A stretch of 64,000 nt of DNA, taken from Balanoglossus misakiensis (Eukaryota > Animalia > Hemichordata). Made by a program: the position numbers and the translations under genes. Shown here in pieces: positions 1-13,071 of this stretch. The DNA lies in contig CM082592.2 of assembly GCA_040954595.2 (NCBI GenBank), positions 3,550,735 to 3,614,734 on the forward strand, written 5' to 3'. The notes under the pieces are model-generated. The model was given only the letters and a program-made list of their open reading frames with translations. It was not told the origin of the DNA and ran no database searches. Positions within the stretch are counted from its first letter, which is position 1. The number at the start of each line of letters is the position of its first letter.

Positions 1-1774
1 ATCCAAATTTTAGAGTCACCTGTGACACCTGCCTAACTCATTAATTATGTGCATACCTAATTCCAGGCAAACCAGTAGGGCTACAGGTCTGGTTTTTGTT
101 TGACATGGACCAGTATAGCATAAACATTTTCTGCTCATATTAAGCGTGACCTCACGTGACCTTTGACCTACTTTTCCACATCTCAGCATCCACAGCACAT
201 ACACCCTTGGCATTTGGAGTGATAGAACAACTAATGCAGTAATTAAATATGCACAAATCTATCTCCAGGCGAACCAATAGGGCTAGTAGTGTCTCGAAAC
301 CCGCTTATTGCTGTTCACAGCTATATTTATTATTATTATTATTATTATTCTTCTTCCCACTTTTAAAAACAGCCGCTATTCGAAGACCGTTGCACCCAAT
401 GACTTGAAATTTGGCTCATAGGTAAAACTCAAAGCAAGTAATTTTTTGATCATGTCACTATGGCAACAGGTCACATGACCTGGCAGCCATCTTGGATTTA
501 AACTTTTAAATTGGTCTAATTTGCATAAAAAATGAAGAATCCAAATTCTGTTCAGAAACTTTGTGGACCATATGGCCAGGGTCCTCTATGCCAAATTTCA
601 ATGTCTAAGTCCTTGCCGATTTTGAGGAGATGATTTTTAAAGCATTATTTTTCATATTTTCCATGACCATTGGACCCAGCCATTGGCCTATACTTTCCAT
701 GGTTAAGCAATGGCCCCCTAGGATTTTAGATTTATGCCCAATATCTCAACATCCGCTGGGCTGATCAGCTTCAAATTTTGTGTGCAGCTAGCCTACCTTC
801 CGACAATCAGTTCCAATTGGAAAAAATAATATGGAAAATCGACCGATTTTTTTATATTAATTTTTTTATGAAATCTATACCTATACTTATTCCACTATAC
901 TTAAGCTATGGCCACATAGTTTTGTAGAATTCTGGTCGGTGCAATAGTCTGCAGCATAAGACCAAAATAAGAAGCCACATTTAAGGCTCACCTGTGACAC
1001 CTGCTCAACTCATTAATTATGTGCATACCTAATTCCAGGCAAACCAACAGGGCTACAGGTCTGATTTTTGTCGGACATGGACCAGTATGGGGTCAAATTT
1101 TTTTCCCAAATTTTGGGTGACCTTGGGTGACCTTTGACCTACTTTCGCATATCTCAGCATCCAGAGCAGGTACAGCTCAGGTGTTTGGGTGGATGGGACC
1201 AAAATAAGAAGCCAAATTTAAGGCTCACCTGTGACACCTGCTTAACTCATTAACTATGTGCATACCTAATTCCAGGCAAACCAATAGGGCTACAGGTCTG
1301 GTTTTTGTCAGACATGGACCAGTATGGGGACAATTTTTTTTCCCAAACTTTGGATGTCCTTGGGTGACCTTTGACCTACTTTCACATATCTCGGCATCCA
1401 GAGCAGGTACAGCTTAGGTGTTTGGGTGGACGGGACCAAAATAAGAAGCCAAATTTTAGAGTCACCTGTGACACCTGCCTAACTCATTAATTATGTGCAT
1501 ACCTAATTCCAGGCAAACCAGTAGGGCTACAGATCTGGTTTTTGTTTGACATGGACCAGTATAGCGTAAACATTTTCTGCTCATATTAAGCGTGACCTCA
1601 CGTGACCTTTGACCTACTTTTCCACATCTCAGCATCCACAGCACATACACCCTTGGCATTTGGAGTGATAGAACAACTAATGCAGTAATTAAATATGCAC
1701 AAATCTATCTCCAGGCGAACCAATAGGGCTAGTAGTGTCTCGAAACCCGCTTATTGCTGTTCACAGCTATATTT
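1..1774. mobile_element. Tandem copies (1446-bp period) of a Helentron/HINE-like non-autonomous element with internal 237-bp subrepeats, probably in the first WSB1 intron
   Basis: 3-326 recurs near-identically at 1449-1772 (ORFs 16..213 and 1462..1659 are offset by 1446). The unit contains a (TTA)n microsatellite at ~327-349 and subrepeats starting at 961, 1198 and 1435, and ends in the hairpin GCTGT-TC-ACAGC followed by TATATTT. This matches HINE/DINE-1 architecture; the family assignment is inference. Confidence 0.65.
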
Positions 1775-2133
1775 TGTAGGTTATGTTTGAGTAGTACAAA
1801 TGTTTACATGTATTTGATAGCAATACTGGTTAATATGTAATATTGAAATGTTTGATTTCCTAAGGCATAAAGGGTCTACTCAACATCCATCATTTTTCGC
1901 TGAGGAAGCAAGTACTTGAAATATATAATAATAAAAATAATAATTTTTTGCTTGCTTGTAAATATAGGATTTACATTTATATTTGTGGCAATAACATTGT
2001 AAACATGTACAAAGTTTTCTTATATGTTATCCTGTGAGCTGATCAGCTGTATTTTGTAAGTGATAGCATATCATTTCCCTGTCTAAATAACACATATAGA
2101 TAACTAATAAGACTTATTCTGCCTTTGTTACAG

Positions 2134-5100
2134 AAAAAGCACCTTTGATAGCAGATTTGAGGAATCCAACGACAGGCCATGGACACAGAGCTGGTAGTGA
2201 ATCATGGACCTGTGCCTTTGCGCCGAATAGGTCATATTTTGCATGGTCCTGTGGGAACCGAATGGTGAGGCTTGTGCCTTGGGATGCATACAGGAATACA
2301 ATGTAAGTACCGGTACATCTGAGATTTTTCTGTTATGTAGTTTTGTGACACAAATTATTATTTGCTGGTCTTGATTGGACCTTATTACAGACATGCCCTG
2401 AAATCTTCCTGTGGTTTTCTTGCTGCTGGCATTGCGTCAGAGAAAAGATTAGGTTTCTAGAAATTAATTCTGTCTTTATTTACATGTACATAGTCCAGTA
2501 TCTAGCCATATTTTGTCCGCTTTGCTTCCAAAACTACTTTGGAAGCAAAGTGGACAAAATTCGGCCAGATACTAGACTATTGTTTACGTGGCTTGACACA
2601 TTGCTATCAATGTTGACACTCCTGTTGTAGTCCAAACCAGTACTACCATATTTTGACATGCCAATTCACTAATTAGTGCCCATTCCATGTAATTATAAAA
2701 GCTTAGAGTCAGATTGAAAATGTCTAGACAATCCATTCAGTGTCAGCGCTCTGCCTTATTTTATAATCCAAATAATTGTCAGAATTTTGTATGTGTCATC
2801 AGCCACTTGTCCTATTGGCTGTGCATCAGTGGTTGCACTGTTTGATCTGACGTACATATCGTGAATTTTGACATGGAAATAAAAAAAATCATCTGATGAG
2901 GAAAGTCTGTTTAATCGTTTCCTATCATGACATCTGTGACCACAAAAATTTGAAACAGCTTGTAGTATAGTCTATTTGTAAAAAAAAATGATAAAAAATG
3001 ATAATCGCAGAAGAAAAGTCAGAATAACATGTCATGTGAACAATACAACTGTTAACCAATTTAAATCCACTATCCCAGTGGTATCTGAAAGCAAGCAAAA
3101 TAATTTCAGGAATTGACTGCAAGTATGTGGTTGCCATTTTCACACATGAATGTATTTATTAAGTTTTGTATAGTTCACCATCCTTGCAAAAATATGCCAA
3201 TTGCGCTTCAGATAAAATCTATTTTGTCAGGTGTATTGTTTGTTATTTTAGTCTTGACAAGAAATGGTGAAAATAAGATCTCAGTAATATTCAAAATGTT
3301 TGTATTCCATGAAAATAAATTTCAGTGATATTCCACAGTATGTCATTTGTAAACTCAGCAGATTTCAAGTGTGTCGTCGTGAAGTTTGTCCCGTGATGTC
3401 ATCCGGTAATGTCATCTATGTTCCCTGTATCTTTCAGAGCATTTAACATCACACCAGATCATAATTTTGATCACAATGAAGACAACGGCGGCCATAATGG
3501 AAATAATAATCCACTCGGGCAAGTGAGGAGCATCGATTGTGGGGAGACTGTCTGGGCTGTGGCGTTCGGCTCGTCAGTTCCGGAAAGGGCCCGGAAAAAT
3601 ATTCACATTCATTACACGAGATTCCACTGCGGGAGTTCGGAGGAGCTGGTCTTGGCAACGGGGCTTAATAGTGGCAGAATCAAAACATGGGACATTCATA
3701 AAGGTGAGATTGATTATGGAAGTACATGTAGTATTTGTCAGTTGTATATTTCTACAGCTTTTGACATCATTTGGGCCATCCCAAGCAGAATGGGGTCTTA
3801 TGGTCATAAGTATCGCACCCCCATAAGACCCCTTTCTGCAGCTACGCATATGAACTCACAATACACAAAGTGTATGGTGAAATTTCTTGACTTTAATTTC
3901 CCTCGGCCATAGACGACATCTTTGTTTACTTTCCATTTTGCGCATACACAATACATGTATGTTGTTTTTGAAGTGAGCGGGCATCATTTTTTGGAACTGA
4001 TGCCCGAACTGGCCAAAATGGCGGCAGTGGCTGCAGACAGTCCATGGTTGCCAACAAAACATTTCTGTCTGTGATATGGTATTTGATATCATTGTCATCA
4101 AAGTACTCCTGACTAAAGTGAAAATTCTATGTCAGTTGTTTCCTGATACAAGTGGATTGACGTCAGTTTTTCCCACAGACATGTTTTAGTGGAAATTGGC
4201 ATATACTATTTCCAAGTTTCATTTTACTACATTTGTTGTGCAGAATAGGCGAGAAACTTGCAAAACAAAATGATATCGAAACTAAAAAGGTCTAATAAAT
4301 TCCAGTGTAGCTAAAGCGTACAACAATTCATAACAAAGCCGATGATAAGTTCTTATTGTTGAAGGATTTTGAGACTTTATGAGTATTGTTTTGCGTCACA
4401 AGGAGACTGAGTAAAAAAAGCGATGACGTACATGTATGGGCTGTATGGAGAGGATGACCTGTGACCTACATTCTGACATTAAAGTTTTTATTTATAACCA
4501 AAGAAAACTACTGCATGTTTGTGAATTGTTTATATTCTGAAAAGTTGGCCTGGTGTTGTAACACAGGCCATTATATGACTGTGTTATCCACTTTGAAAAA
4601 ATTAAGTGGACACTTGATTCTCTCCACAGTAGGGTTTAACAAATTGTATTTTGAATAATAAACAGACACTAACTCGGCACCAATGTCCTCACTGACCTTG
4701 AAATCATCCATGAGGTACGATTGATAACTAGTAAACAACATAAAACAAATTCCTGCAATGTCAGGTACTGAACTGTAGTGCTAGGTCATTATCACTTTCA
4801 TTTGTTTCAATTTAACTCCATGTCTCATGTAAAAGCTGATAAAAATGGGCAGAATCAGATGAAAATTCAAAATTTCTCAAGTTTCGAGAATGGATTGGGC
4901 TAACACAGTTTGATGGCTATAGCAAGAAAAACCTAATATAAATCAACAGAAAGACTGACTCCCACTTTTGGCAGACAAGACTTAGACACATAACCATAGC
5001 CCTATTTTAATTAATGACCATGCCTAAAAGAGTTTCTTTACAAATACTTGGTATGTTGGAGTCACTTTATGGCGTAAACAGTAAGCAATGTAAGGCAAAG

Positions 5101-8071
5101 TTCAACACAGGATATGCAGTGAATTAGTATGTAGGTCATCAAGTGTATAACTGAACCATTAAATCCCCAGATCAAATGGGACTGTAAATGGTTAACAACT
5201 TCAGTTTGCCAAGTCTGATACAGTTAATAATACCGGTAATAGAAACAATACAGTTCTGAATTGGATACGATTAAGGTTTCATGTTGGGAAAGCCCATAAC
5301 CCTTTTACCCCCCCCCCCCCCAAATTTTCAAATATATGAGCATTTACATGAATCATACCAGTGTCTTTAGGAGTAAATTACAAGTGTGGTACTTGAAACA
5401 CCAACAGTGTGTCTGTCTGGACATCGCTTGGAATGAAGAGAATAGAATCCAAACTTACCAGATTGACAGAATCGACGGATGTACGGTACATGTACCATAA
5501 ATTTCTGGTTCCATGATGGGCATTGAGCAATCATCATACAACTGGTGTTAATAGTACTACTGTCACAGGCTCATTGTCACAATAATCATCACCCTTGTTC
5601 TATTTACATGCAGAGGAACTGACACGGCCTTCTTCATCTTTATGTTTTGTCTTTCAGGTGAACTTTTACATTATCTGATCGATCACAAGGAAGTGATCCG
5701 TGACATGTCGTTTGCACCTGATGGTAGTTTGATGTTAGTGTCGGCATCACGAGACAAGACCCTCAAAGTCTGGGATCTCAACGACGATGGCAATATGGCA
5801 ATAACGCTCAAAGGACACTCTAAGTGGGTGTTTGGATGTTGCTTTTCGCCGGATACCAAGTTGTTAGTATCTGTGGGAGGTAACAAATCGGTAAGTGTGG
5901 ATCGCTTGTATGTAATGTACTGTAAAACACTTTATTTTCGCGAGTTGGAATTTTCGCGATATTGAGAGAGGCCACTGTTTCGCGAGTATCAATTTTCGCG
6001 TTCTCTTATTTCATTCACTGCATCGTTATCTTCAAAAGAAAATTACACGACTTTTTATTTTCCGGTATTTTGGCTCTCGCGTATTTTGCGAAAATGTATT
6101 GCTCGTGAAAATAAAGTGTTTTACAGTATTTCTCTGTGTATCACTCAAGGGCAAGAGACAGAACTGAACAGTCAAGCTTGACTTGACTAGCAACTTGTTG
6201 CTAGGGTAATTAACCAAATTTCGCGAACTCTCACAATGAGCATAAAATCATCTGTTGTTGACTAAGTCATACCATCCATGGAAATGACGACATTACAAGT
6301 TACTATGATCATTACTTAAATACTGTCAATCAGTTGAAAGTTTTGGACAACATTGATTATTTACTGAGGCTTATAACATATACAGACACTTCTAACTGCT
6401 CTTGGAAAATGTAGGAATATCCAGAATTGCCCACCATTTGTTACATTATCTAAAGAGAGTCTTGCTTTTCTTATCCAGATAATTTTATGGAAAGTCAATA
6501 ACTTGCCAAAAGACATAGTTCTATGGAAGAGACTTGATGGTCATTTCAATGATGTAGTGGCGTGCAAATTTTCGCCTGATGGAGCATTGCTTGTTACTTG
6601 TTCCTGGGATACGAGAGTTATTTTATGGGATCCATACACGGGTGAACAACTTCGAACATTTGGGTGAGTCTTATGATCATTAGGTTATCCTAAAATAAAT
6701 CATAGATACTTCATGCCAGGTGAGATTTTCTTGAAGAAGCATCAAAGAAATTGCTGGATGCGCAGACTTAGTGGTATAAGCACTGATGTAGTTTCTGAAA
6801 TAAAATCTTACCTTCTGATTAGAAACTAAAATGGGTGTCTTCACAGTCTACACTGGCTTATCACAGTGACAGGTAAAATGTTGAAATACAGAGAAAGTAT
6901 CTGTCATTTATGCCACTGGTCCTTGGCAAGACTGCAAATAGTTGAATTTATTGAGTGTTGTTGAGACAGTTTTGTAAATATGAAACAGGTTGTGTGCGTG
7001 TCTTAACTTTCTGGGTCTTCGTAGCTGTGTTGAGAGTTTCCAACCAACCACTGCAGCATTTGACTGATCATTGATATTATTTGATTTTTCCCCAGACATG
7101 TATTCCCTCCGCCGTCTCCCATCTTTGCAGGTGGTGCAAATGATACCTGGGTCCGAGATGTTACATTCTCTCCAGATGGAAGTCACATTGCTTCCGTAGC
7201 TGATGACAAGTACGTTTTCATCTTCTACATTGTATATATGGTGTCAGTTTATAATTGTATGCAAGAACTGATCCCCCAAGGGTAATATTACTTTAACCCT
7301 TTCACCCCCAGTTCAAAAGAATTTGAATAATTATTTAATATGTTAGATATCTGTTGTGATGAGATTTATCCCTTCTTTGTTTCGATAGGTATGTTAGATT
7401 TTGGTCCATATTTAAATCAGATTTACCTGTGAAAATTGCTGTGGTTCCACATGGACTATGCTGTGCATTCTCACCAGGTGGTGGAGTGCTTGCTACTGGG
7501 TAAGTCAAGATGGTGAATTATGTAGACTTTTTGTAGTGAACATGTTTTCTCATTATTAGTGTAGTTTCTGTTTGAAAGCATAAAATTTCTCTACCAACGT
7601 AAAATATCAGCTTCATCTGAATACAGACTCATTGTGGTTTATAGTTTTGTTGAATTACAATGTACGTGATGTGATTTGACGTAACCAGAGCAGAATCAAA
7701 CAGTCTGACCTCATAACCAAAATTGGCAGTCGGTATATGAACATCAAGTTGGCTAAGTTGTACAAAAAAGTTGGTGTCTGTATGTAGTATACAGTATAGC
7801 GCTGCCAACAGTCCAAATATGTGACACTAGTAAATATACAGACACATGACTGAAAGGAGGCCATGTTAACAAGCGTCTTAATTTTTCCTTCTCACCCAGG
7901 ACAAGAAACGGAAACGCGTTTTTCTTTTCCGCGCCGATGGAAGTGCAGAAGCTTCAACACCTGTGCCGCATGGCGCTTCGGAGAGTCTTGCACAACACGA
8001 GAAAAATTGACAAACTCTTCATACCAAAGAGCCTTAAACAGTATTTGAAATACAAAGAGGCGTTGGAGTGA
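2134..8071 (+). CDS. WSB1: WD repeat and SOCS box-containing protein (WSB1-like), 5'-partial, 7 exons
   Basis: GT-AG exons with consistent phases: 2134-2302, 3438-3703, 5658-5890, 6479-6663, 7096-7209, 7389-7499, 7900-8071 (TGA). Peptides ESWTCAFAPNRSYFAWSCG, LVSASRDKTLKVWDLNDDGNM, HVFPPPSPIFAGGAND and the C-terminal SOCS box LQHLCRMALRR..IPKSLKQYLKY match WSB1. The start exon lies upstream of the window. Confidence 0.95.
2490..2580. mobile_element. Fold-back (hairpin) MITE in a WSB1 intron
   Basis: ATAGTCCAGTATCTAGCC..TTTTGTCCGCTTTGCTTCCAAA is followed by its near-perfect reverse complement TTTGGAAGCAAAGTGGACAAAA..GGCCAGATACTAGACTAT. Confidence 0.75.
5918..6128. mobile_element. Tc1/mariner-type MITE with TA target duplication
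   Basis: TA-CTGTAAAACACTTTATTTTC...GAAAATAAAGTGTTTTACAG-TA terminal inverted repeats, with reiterated internal TTTTCGCG motifs. Confidence 0.85.
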
Positions 8072-8929
8072 ATTGGAACAGGATGGACTCTGGATAAATA
8101 AAACGAGGCGGGTTAGAGGCAAGGACTGTTTATACAGCATGTCGCTCTTGATACGATGTACAGTACACAGTGCAGTAACACGCTGACTGGAATTATTTTA
8201 TAATGGACCTAAGCTGAGAAGAGATGCGTGTGCTTCCCTCTCTGTTGCCATGGATACACAGGAGACAGTTGAGTGTTAGTGACCTCCACAAGAAGATAAA
8301 CTCACCACCATCACTGAAAAATCTTTTTAAAAAAAAAACAATCGCTGTAAAATATGTGAGAAGACAATATGGAATCTGCTGTTTCATAGAATTGTTAATT
8401 TATATGAAATGTGTCACAGAATATGTTGTCCCCTACATGTATTTAAGAATTTTATTTACTTATTTTGGTATACCTGTTGTGGAACTCATTCAGTGAGTTC
8501 TTAAATTAGGGTCAATTTTGCTTATCAGGTACTGCCCAGATGTAATATTGCAGTTTTAGTATATTTTTGTTGCTACAAAAAGTTTCAGGTTCCAGTGTGT
8601 GGCTATGTTAAAAACGATCAAATGTCTCGTCATTTGTCTAAAGATGATCTGACCTTCCTAAATATTGAATCAAACTAAACATAAAAAAGCAAAAAATCAA
8701 CAAAACATATGCCCTTTAAAGTCCAAGCTATTAATTGATACAAAACTAATCAGTCTGGACAATATTAACTGACAGGTATTCACTGAATCATGGTTGCCAC
8801 AATTCATCCCACTGTGAAACAAAAATAAAAAGGTGACAACTGCGTCTTTTTAATCATCGTCTCTTGTCGTCATTCATGGAGATTGATACAAGATTTGTTT
8901 CTGTATTCAAATGAACCACTTGGCATATG

Positions 8930-9123
8930 CAGTCAAACCTGTCCGTAGTGGCCAGTCAAGGGACTTTCCCAAAAATCAAACTGGCCTGTATAGACAGGTG
9001 GCCTTTATAGACAGGTGGCCTTTATAGACAGGTCAATTAATGTACATGTAAATTGTACAGGCACTGTAACAAAGTGGATAGGTTTCCACTGTATAGAGTT
9101 GGCCACTAACACAGGTTTGACTG
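8930..9123. mobile_element. pogo/Tigger-like MITE
   Basis: TIRs CAGTCAAACCTGT...ACAGGTTTGACTG, with three internal TATAGACAGGT(GGCCTT) repeats. Confidence 0.75.
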
Positions 9124-10394
9124 TGTACCATAGGTATTAACAGAGGTATCTAAATACAGTCTCTATAACAACATGGCCACAGTGCGATTGTTGTTGATGA
9201 AATCTCCCGGTGAAATGCCAGTAGAGAAAGAACGCTTCCTGGAATACAGTGACAAACCGCATATAAATGGGATATGCGATTATTTCTGGTGCACAAAAAT
9301 GTACCACAACGCACATGTTGTTCTTGAATAACAATATTGATAGTAATTAATAACAGGAGTGGTCTACTTGGTTTGACTTGCACACGATCCATTCATATTT
9401 ATTTAAAGTTAAATGTACATATGACATTGAAATTAAACAAAGCAAACAAAAATAACTGGGTGGACCTTCTTCCAAATACTTCGGGTTCTTCTTTGGAAAG
9501 TTCTCTCTGTCTCAGGACAACTATCTATAACTTTTGCAGTTTAGAATTTTGTGCCAAGGTTAGCCATTTCTATGTCTTCTTCCGTAAACTGATGTACATT
9601 GACAAGGAGGAAATGTACAGCCTTTTTTGTGTATTTTATGTCCAGAAAAGTTTTTGCATGTTCCTGTGTACATTTTGAGAGGAAGCCCTACTTCGAAGAT
9701 TGTGTATATTTCTATTGTCTGACTCTTTTGCGCTCACAAATCTCTTTGTTTGTTTCTTTTTGGGTCTGTAATATTGCAACGGAGAAAACGTGATCATGAA
9801 TTGATTTCATATATCGGCAAATAATGAAAGAAACCGAATTATTAAAAACACGTGCACCAGAAACGCAACTAATTGCATTTGACCTGACCTTCCGATTCGT
9901 GAAAATGTGACAAAGAATGATTTCCACTTTACTGTACCACTCGTATTCAGGTTCAGAACTCCTGAAAAGGTCGCACCAAAACTTGTGCGAATTTCGCAGT
10001 GTGGTCAAATTACAACTGAACTCTCCCCTACAGCGTTTTTTGCTTACCATTCATGTATTTAAGTATCCACAACCAATGCAAAAGGTAGTGAGCTAGGGTA
10101 TGTGACCATCATGTTAACTGAGAATAATTTACTGTAGATATTTGCACATAGAGTTTAGATATTGGAGGAGTTTTATAAAAACAACTTGTATGGACATACG
10201 TCACATGTAAATCTTGCTATGGCATAATTTTAGGTAGATTTGTAAAAAAAAAAAAAAAAAATGCTGTTTGCGACTTGTAAAACCCTATGCGTTGCATGAG
10301 TAGTTTTCATTATGTTTCAGTTCCAAAACAGCAGAATTTCAAATGTCTGACAGGTAACAATTTTGCCCTCAGTGTGCGAACCAACTATGTCTGT

Positions 10395-10487
10395 TTAACC
10401 CTTTTACCGCCATGGTTAAGTCCAAACCCATTGTTTTCTATGGCAAGGTCAGACCTCTATAGAGGGGACTAGGGGTGGAAGGGTTAG
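10395..10487. mobile_element. Short TTAA-CCC (piggyBac-like) MITE
   Basis: TTAACCCTTTTACCGCC...GGGGTGGAAGGGTTAG; homologous in reverse orientation to 32124-32216. A fragment of the same terminus lies at ~7293-7313. Confidence 0.7.
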
Positions 10488-11250
10488 CCTTAGCTGACTT
10501 GTAGATTGTATTTGTTCAGAAGAATTACCTGTAACAGTTGTGATTTGATTTGATTTGACTTTTTTGTACCACGACACAGTGTTTGTAAGAAACAAAAAAT
10601 GGACATTACTACATTTGTGCAGTACCGATAACGTGTCTCATTTGAATTAAAAATTGTACATTATTTAGTTCTAACTGTGCAGTCAAACCTTCAGACACCA
10701 TATTGGAATGAATTTGTCCCCCTGCTGTGTTTGTATGTTTTTGTGAACGTGTCATTTTGACTCGGCAAGATCAACTGTATTCACGTTTTGTCATTTGTAT
10801 GTAGTGCTGCAAATGCTATTGTATCAACAGCCACAGTGACATACTAAAATATGCTGGCATGGGATAAGGATGACTTTGTTCACAGACAGAGAACTTTGAA
10901 AACAACTTTGCTAAGCAGTTTATTCACAATGTTTAAAAACTCAGGATTATGTTTTTAGTGATAGTTCTTATTTTTAAATCATGCACATTATTATATAAAC
11001 ATTGTTGGTGTTTTACTCATATTTTTTTACCACAGTGGAGGAACTACATTCAAAAAGATGGTTTGGGGGTTTGGAGTGATCAGGATTGATTTGGTATTAG
11101 TCAGTCAGTGCCTTTATCTGCTTGACAAGATATGGGTGAGATAGATTGTCTCCAATTGCGGCTTTGTGTTTTCAGATCAGTTTTTTATAGTGAGATAGAG
11201 CAGTATTGATCTGACGTGATCTCCCATGGTCACTGAGTCATCGTAGGTCA

Positions 11251-11289
11251 GTATGTATGTATGTATGTATGTATGTATGTATGTATGTA

Positions 11290-11324
<35 letters not shown>

Positions 11325-11365
11325 ATGTATGTATGTATGTATGTATGTATGTATGTATGTATGTA

Positions 11366-11398
<33 letters not shown>

Positions 11399-11419
11399 AT
11401 GTATGTATGTATGTATGTA

Positions 11420-11454
<35 letters not shown>

Positions 11455-11518
11455 ATGTATGTATGTATGTATGTACATGTATGTGTGTGTGTGTGCGTGC
11501 GTGCGTACATTTGTGTGT
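11251..11518. repeat. Compound (GTAT)n/(GT)n microsatellite
   Basis: Alternating GTAT and GT blocks, read directly. Confidence 0.97.
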
Positions 11519-13071
11519 ATGCATGGTGACCATGAATCCAAGATGGCTGTGTGGTGCCAATATATATGGCAGAGTAATTTCCACATGTCCCCACCACCCA
11601 ATTAATACATATAGTCTATGTAAATGAGAGAATATCTGTTCAAACACCAAACAACCCTCTTCTTTCACCACTGATAGATTTTCGGACAAAAACTGAAAGT
11701 TTATGATGACAATGAGAAACCCATGTTTGTTTGTATTATTTCATTTACAGTTCATATGAGAATACTTTTTGCCATTAAAAATTGTATAAACTGAATTCCT
11801 CATGACGTCTCTGTCTGGATTATTGACATTTGTTGTCACGGTTTCCCGTTACAGTTTCATCACTATATTGACAGTGTAGATATCACAGCACACATTGCAC
11901 CTTGGGGGTGTACCATGTATTGCTATTGGACCATACAGTGTGGTATTAACACCCTCCCTATGGATTACTGGAAATGAAACACATGATGGACTTTGCAGGT
12001 TTGCTCTAACTGCACCTGTGTGACACATGAGGACAAGCTTGTGAGGTTCGCGTGGGTAATTTCAATCAACATTTTGAAAAATTGCTCCCTTCTCGTGGTC
12101 TTCTCAATACACTGACTCACATCCTACGTTCCACTACGAGGCTTTTTACACGTAGTACACCGATGCGCCCTCAACAGTTTTGCCTGACCGTGTAGCCATT
12201 TGGAAGCCTGAACGTCGAGGGCGCACGTTCATAAGATTGAGAAGGGTGGGATGAAGAGACTCGTGGACCGTAACCCATCAATAGTGAAAAAGACTGGGAG
12301 AGCGAATTGCTGAACTTTTAATAGGGAGTAAATTCTTATGGTCATCATTTTCAACGGTTTTTTTTCTTGTTTCTCGGCAGAGCGGGAAAATGCTGATGCT
12401 CCATGCGCACATACTGTGCATTCTGCTCGCCTATTATATATACAAGTACATGTATCTAGTTTGTTGTTCATTGATCTTGCTCTGCAAGGAAGACGGAAAT
12501 ATATATTGAAGACCTGATTTTCAAGTTCCGTGGACCCTTAAAAGCTTTTTGGAAGCTTGCAAGTGCGTACTAATTATAAGTAACATGCGCATGCCCTCTA
12601 CGAAAACAGACTAGTGAAGTGTGGTAGGAGTTCCGTTGTGTTGTTTGGTGCGAGACATTAAGCTTATTTTCAAGGAATCGATCGGCAATGTACATGTTTC
12701 TGATTATGGCTGCGTTGTACAGAAGGGGAAGTTTCAAATGGGGGTACATTGTACATGTATACGCATGTGTTCAGAATAAAGGCGTGAAAATGTTTTCTGT
12801 AGACTGGTCGGAAACAACATGTCACCATGAAGTTTTATTCTGTAGACAAACCAGGAGCAAATCTGACAAATAGTCACATAAACGAGACATTTGCAACGGT
12901 TCAAAGAAAGTTGACAGTCTGACATTAGTTGTTGTTGTTGTTGTTGTTGTTGTTGTTGAGGACCCGCTCACTCGACACACACACATTGTCGCGCAGGCTA
13001 TTCACTTGTTCACTTGGCGGACAGGTTGGTGAAACTAGGCGGCCATATTGTTTGTCATCGCCATGTTGAGT

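Noticed and set aside
11177-11689. HTYI/MYVC repeat ORFs
   Set aside because: Translations of the (GTAT)n/(GT)n microsatellite.
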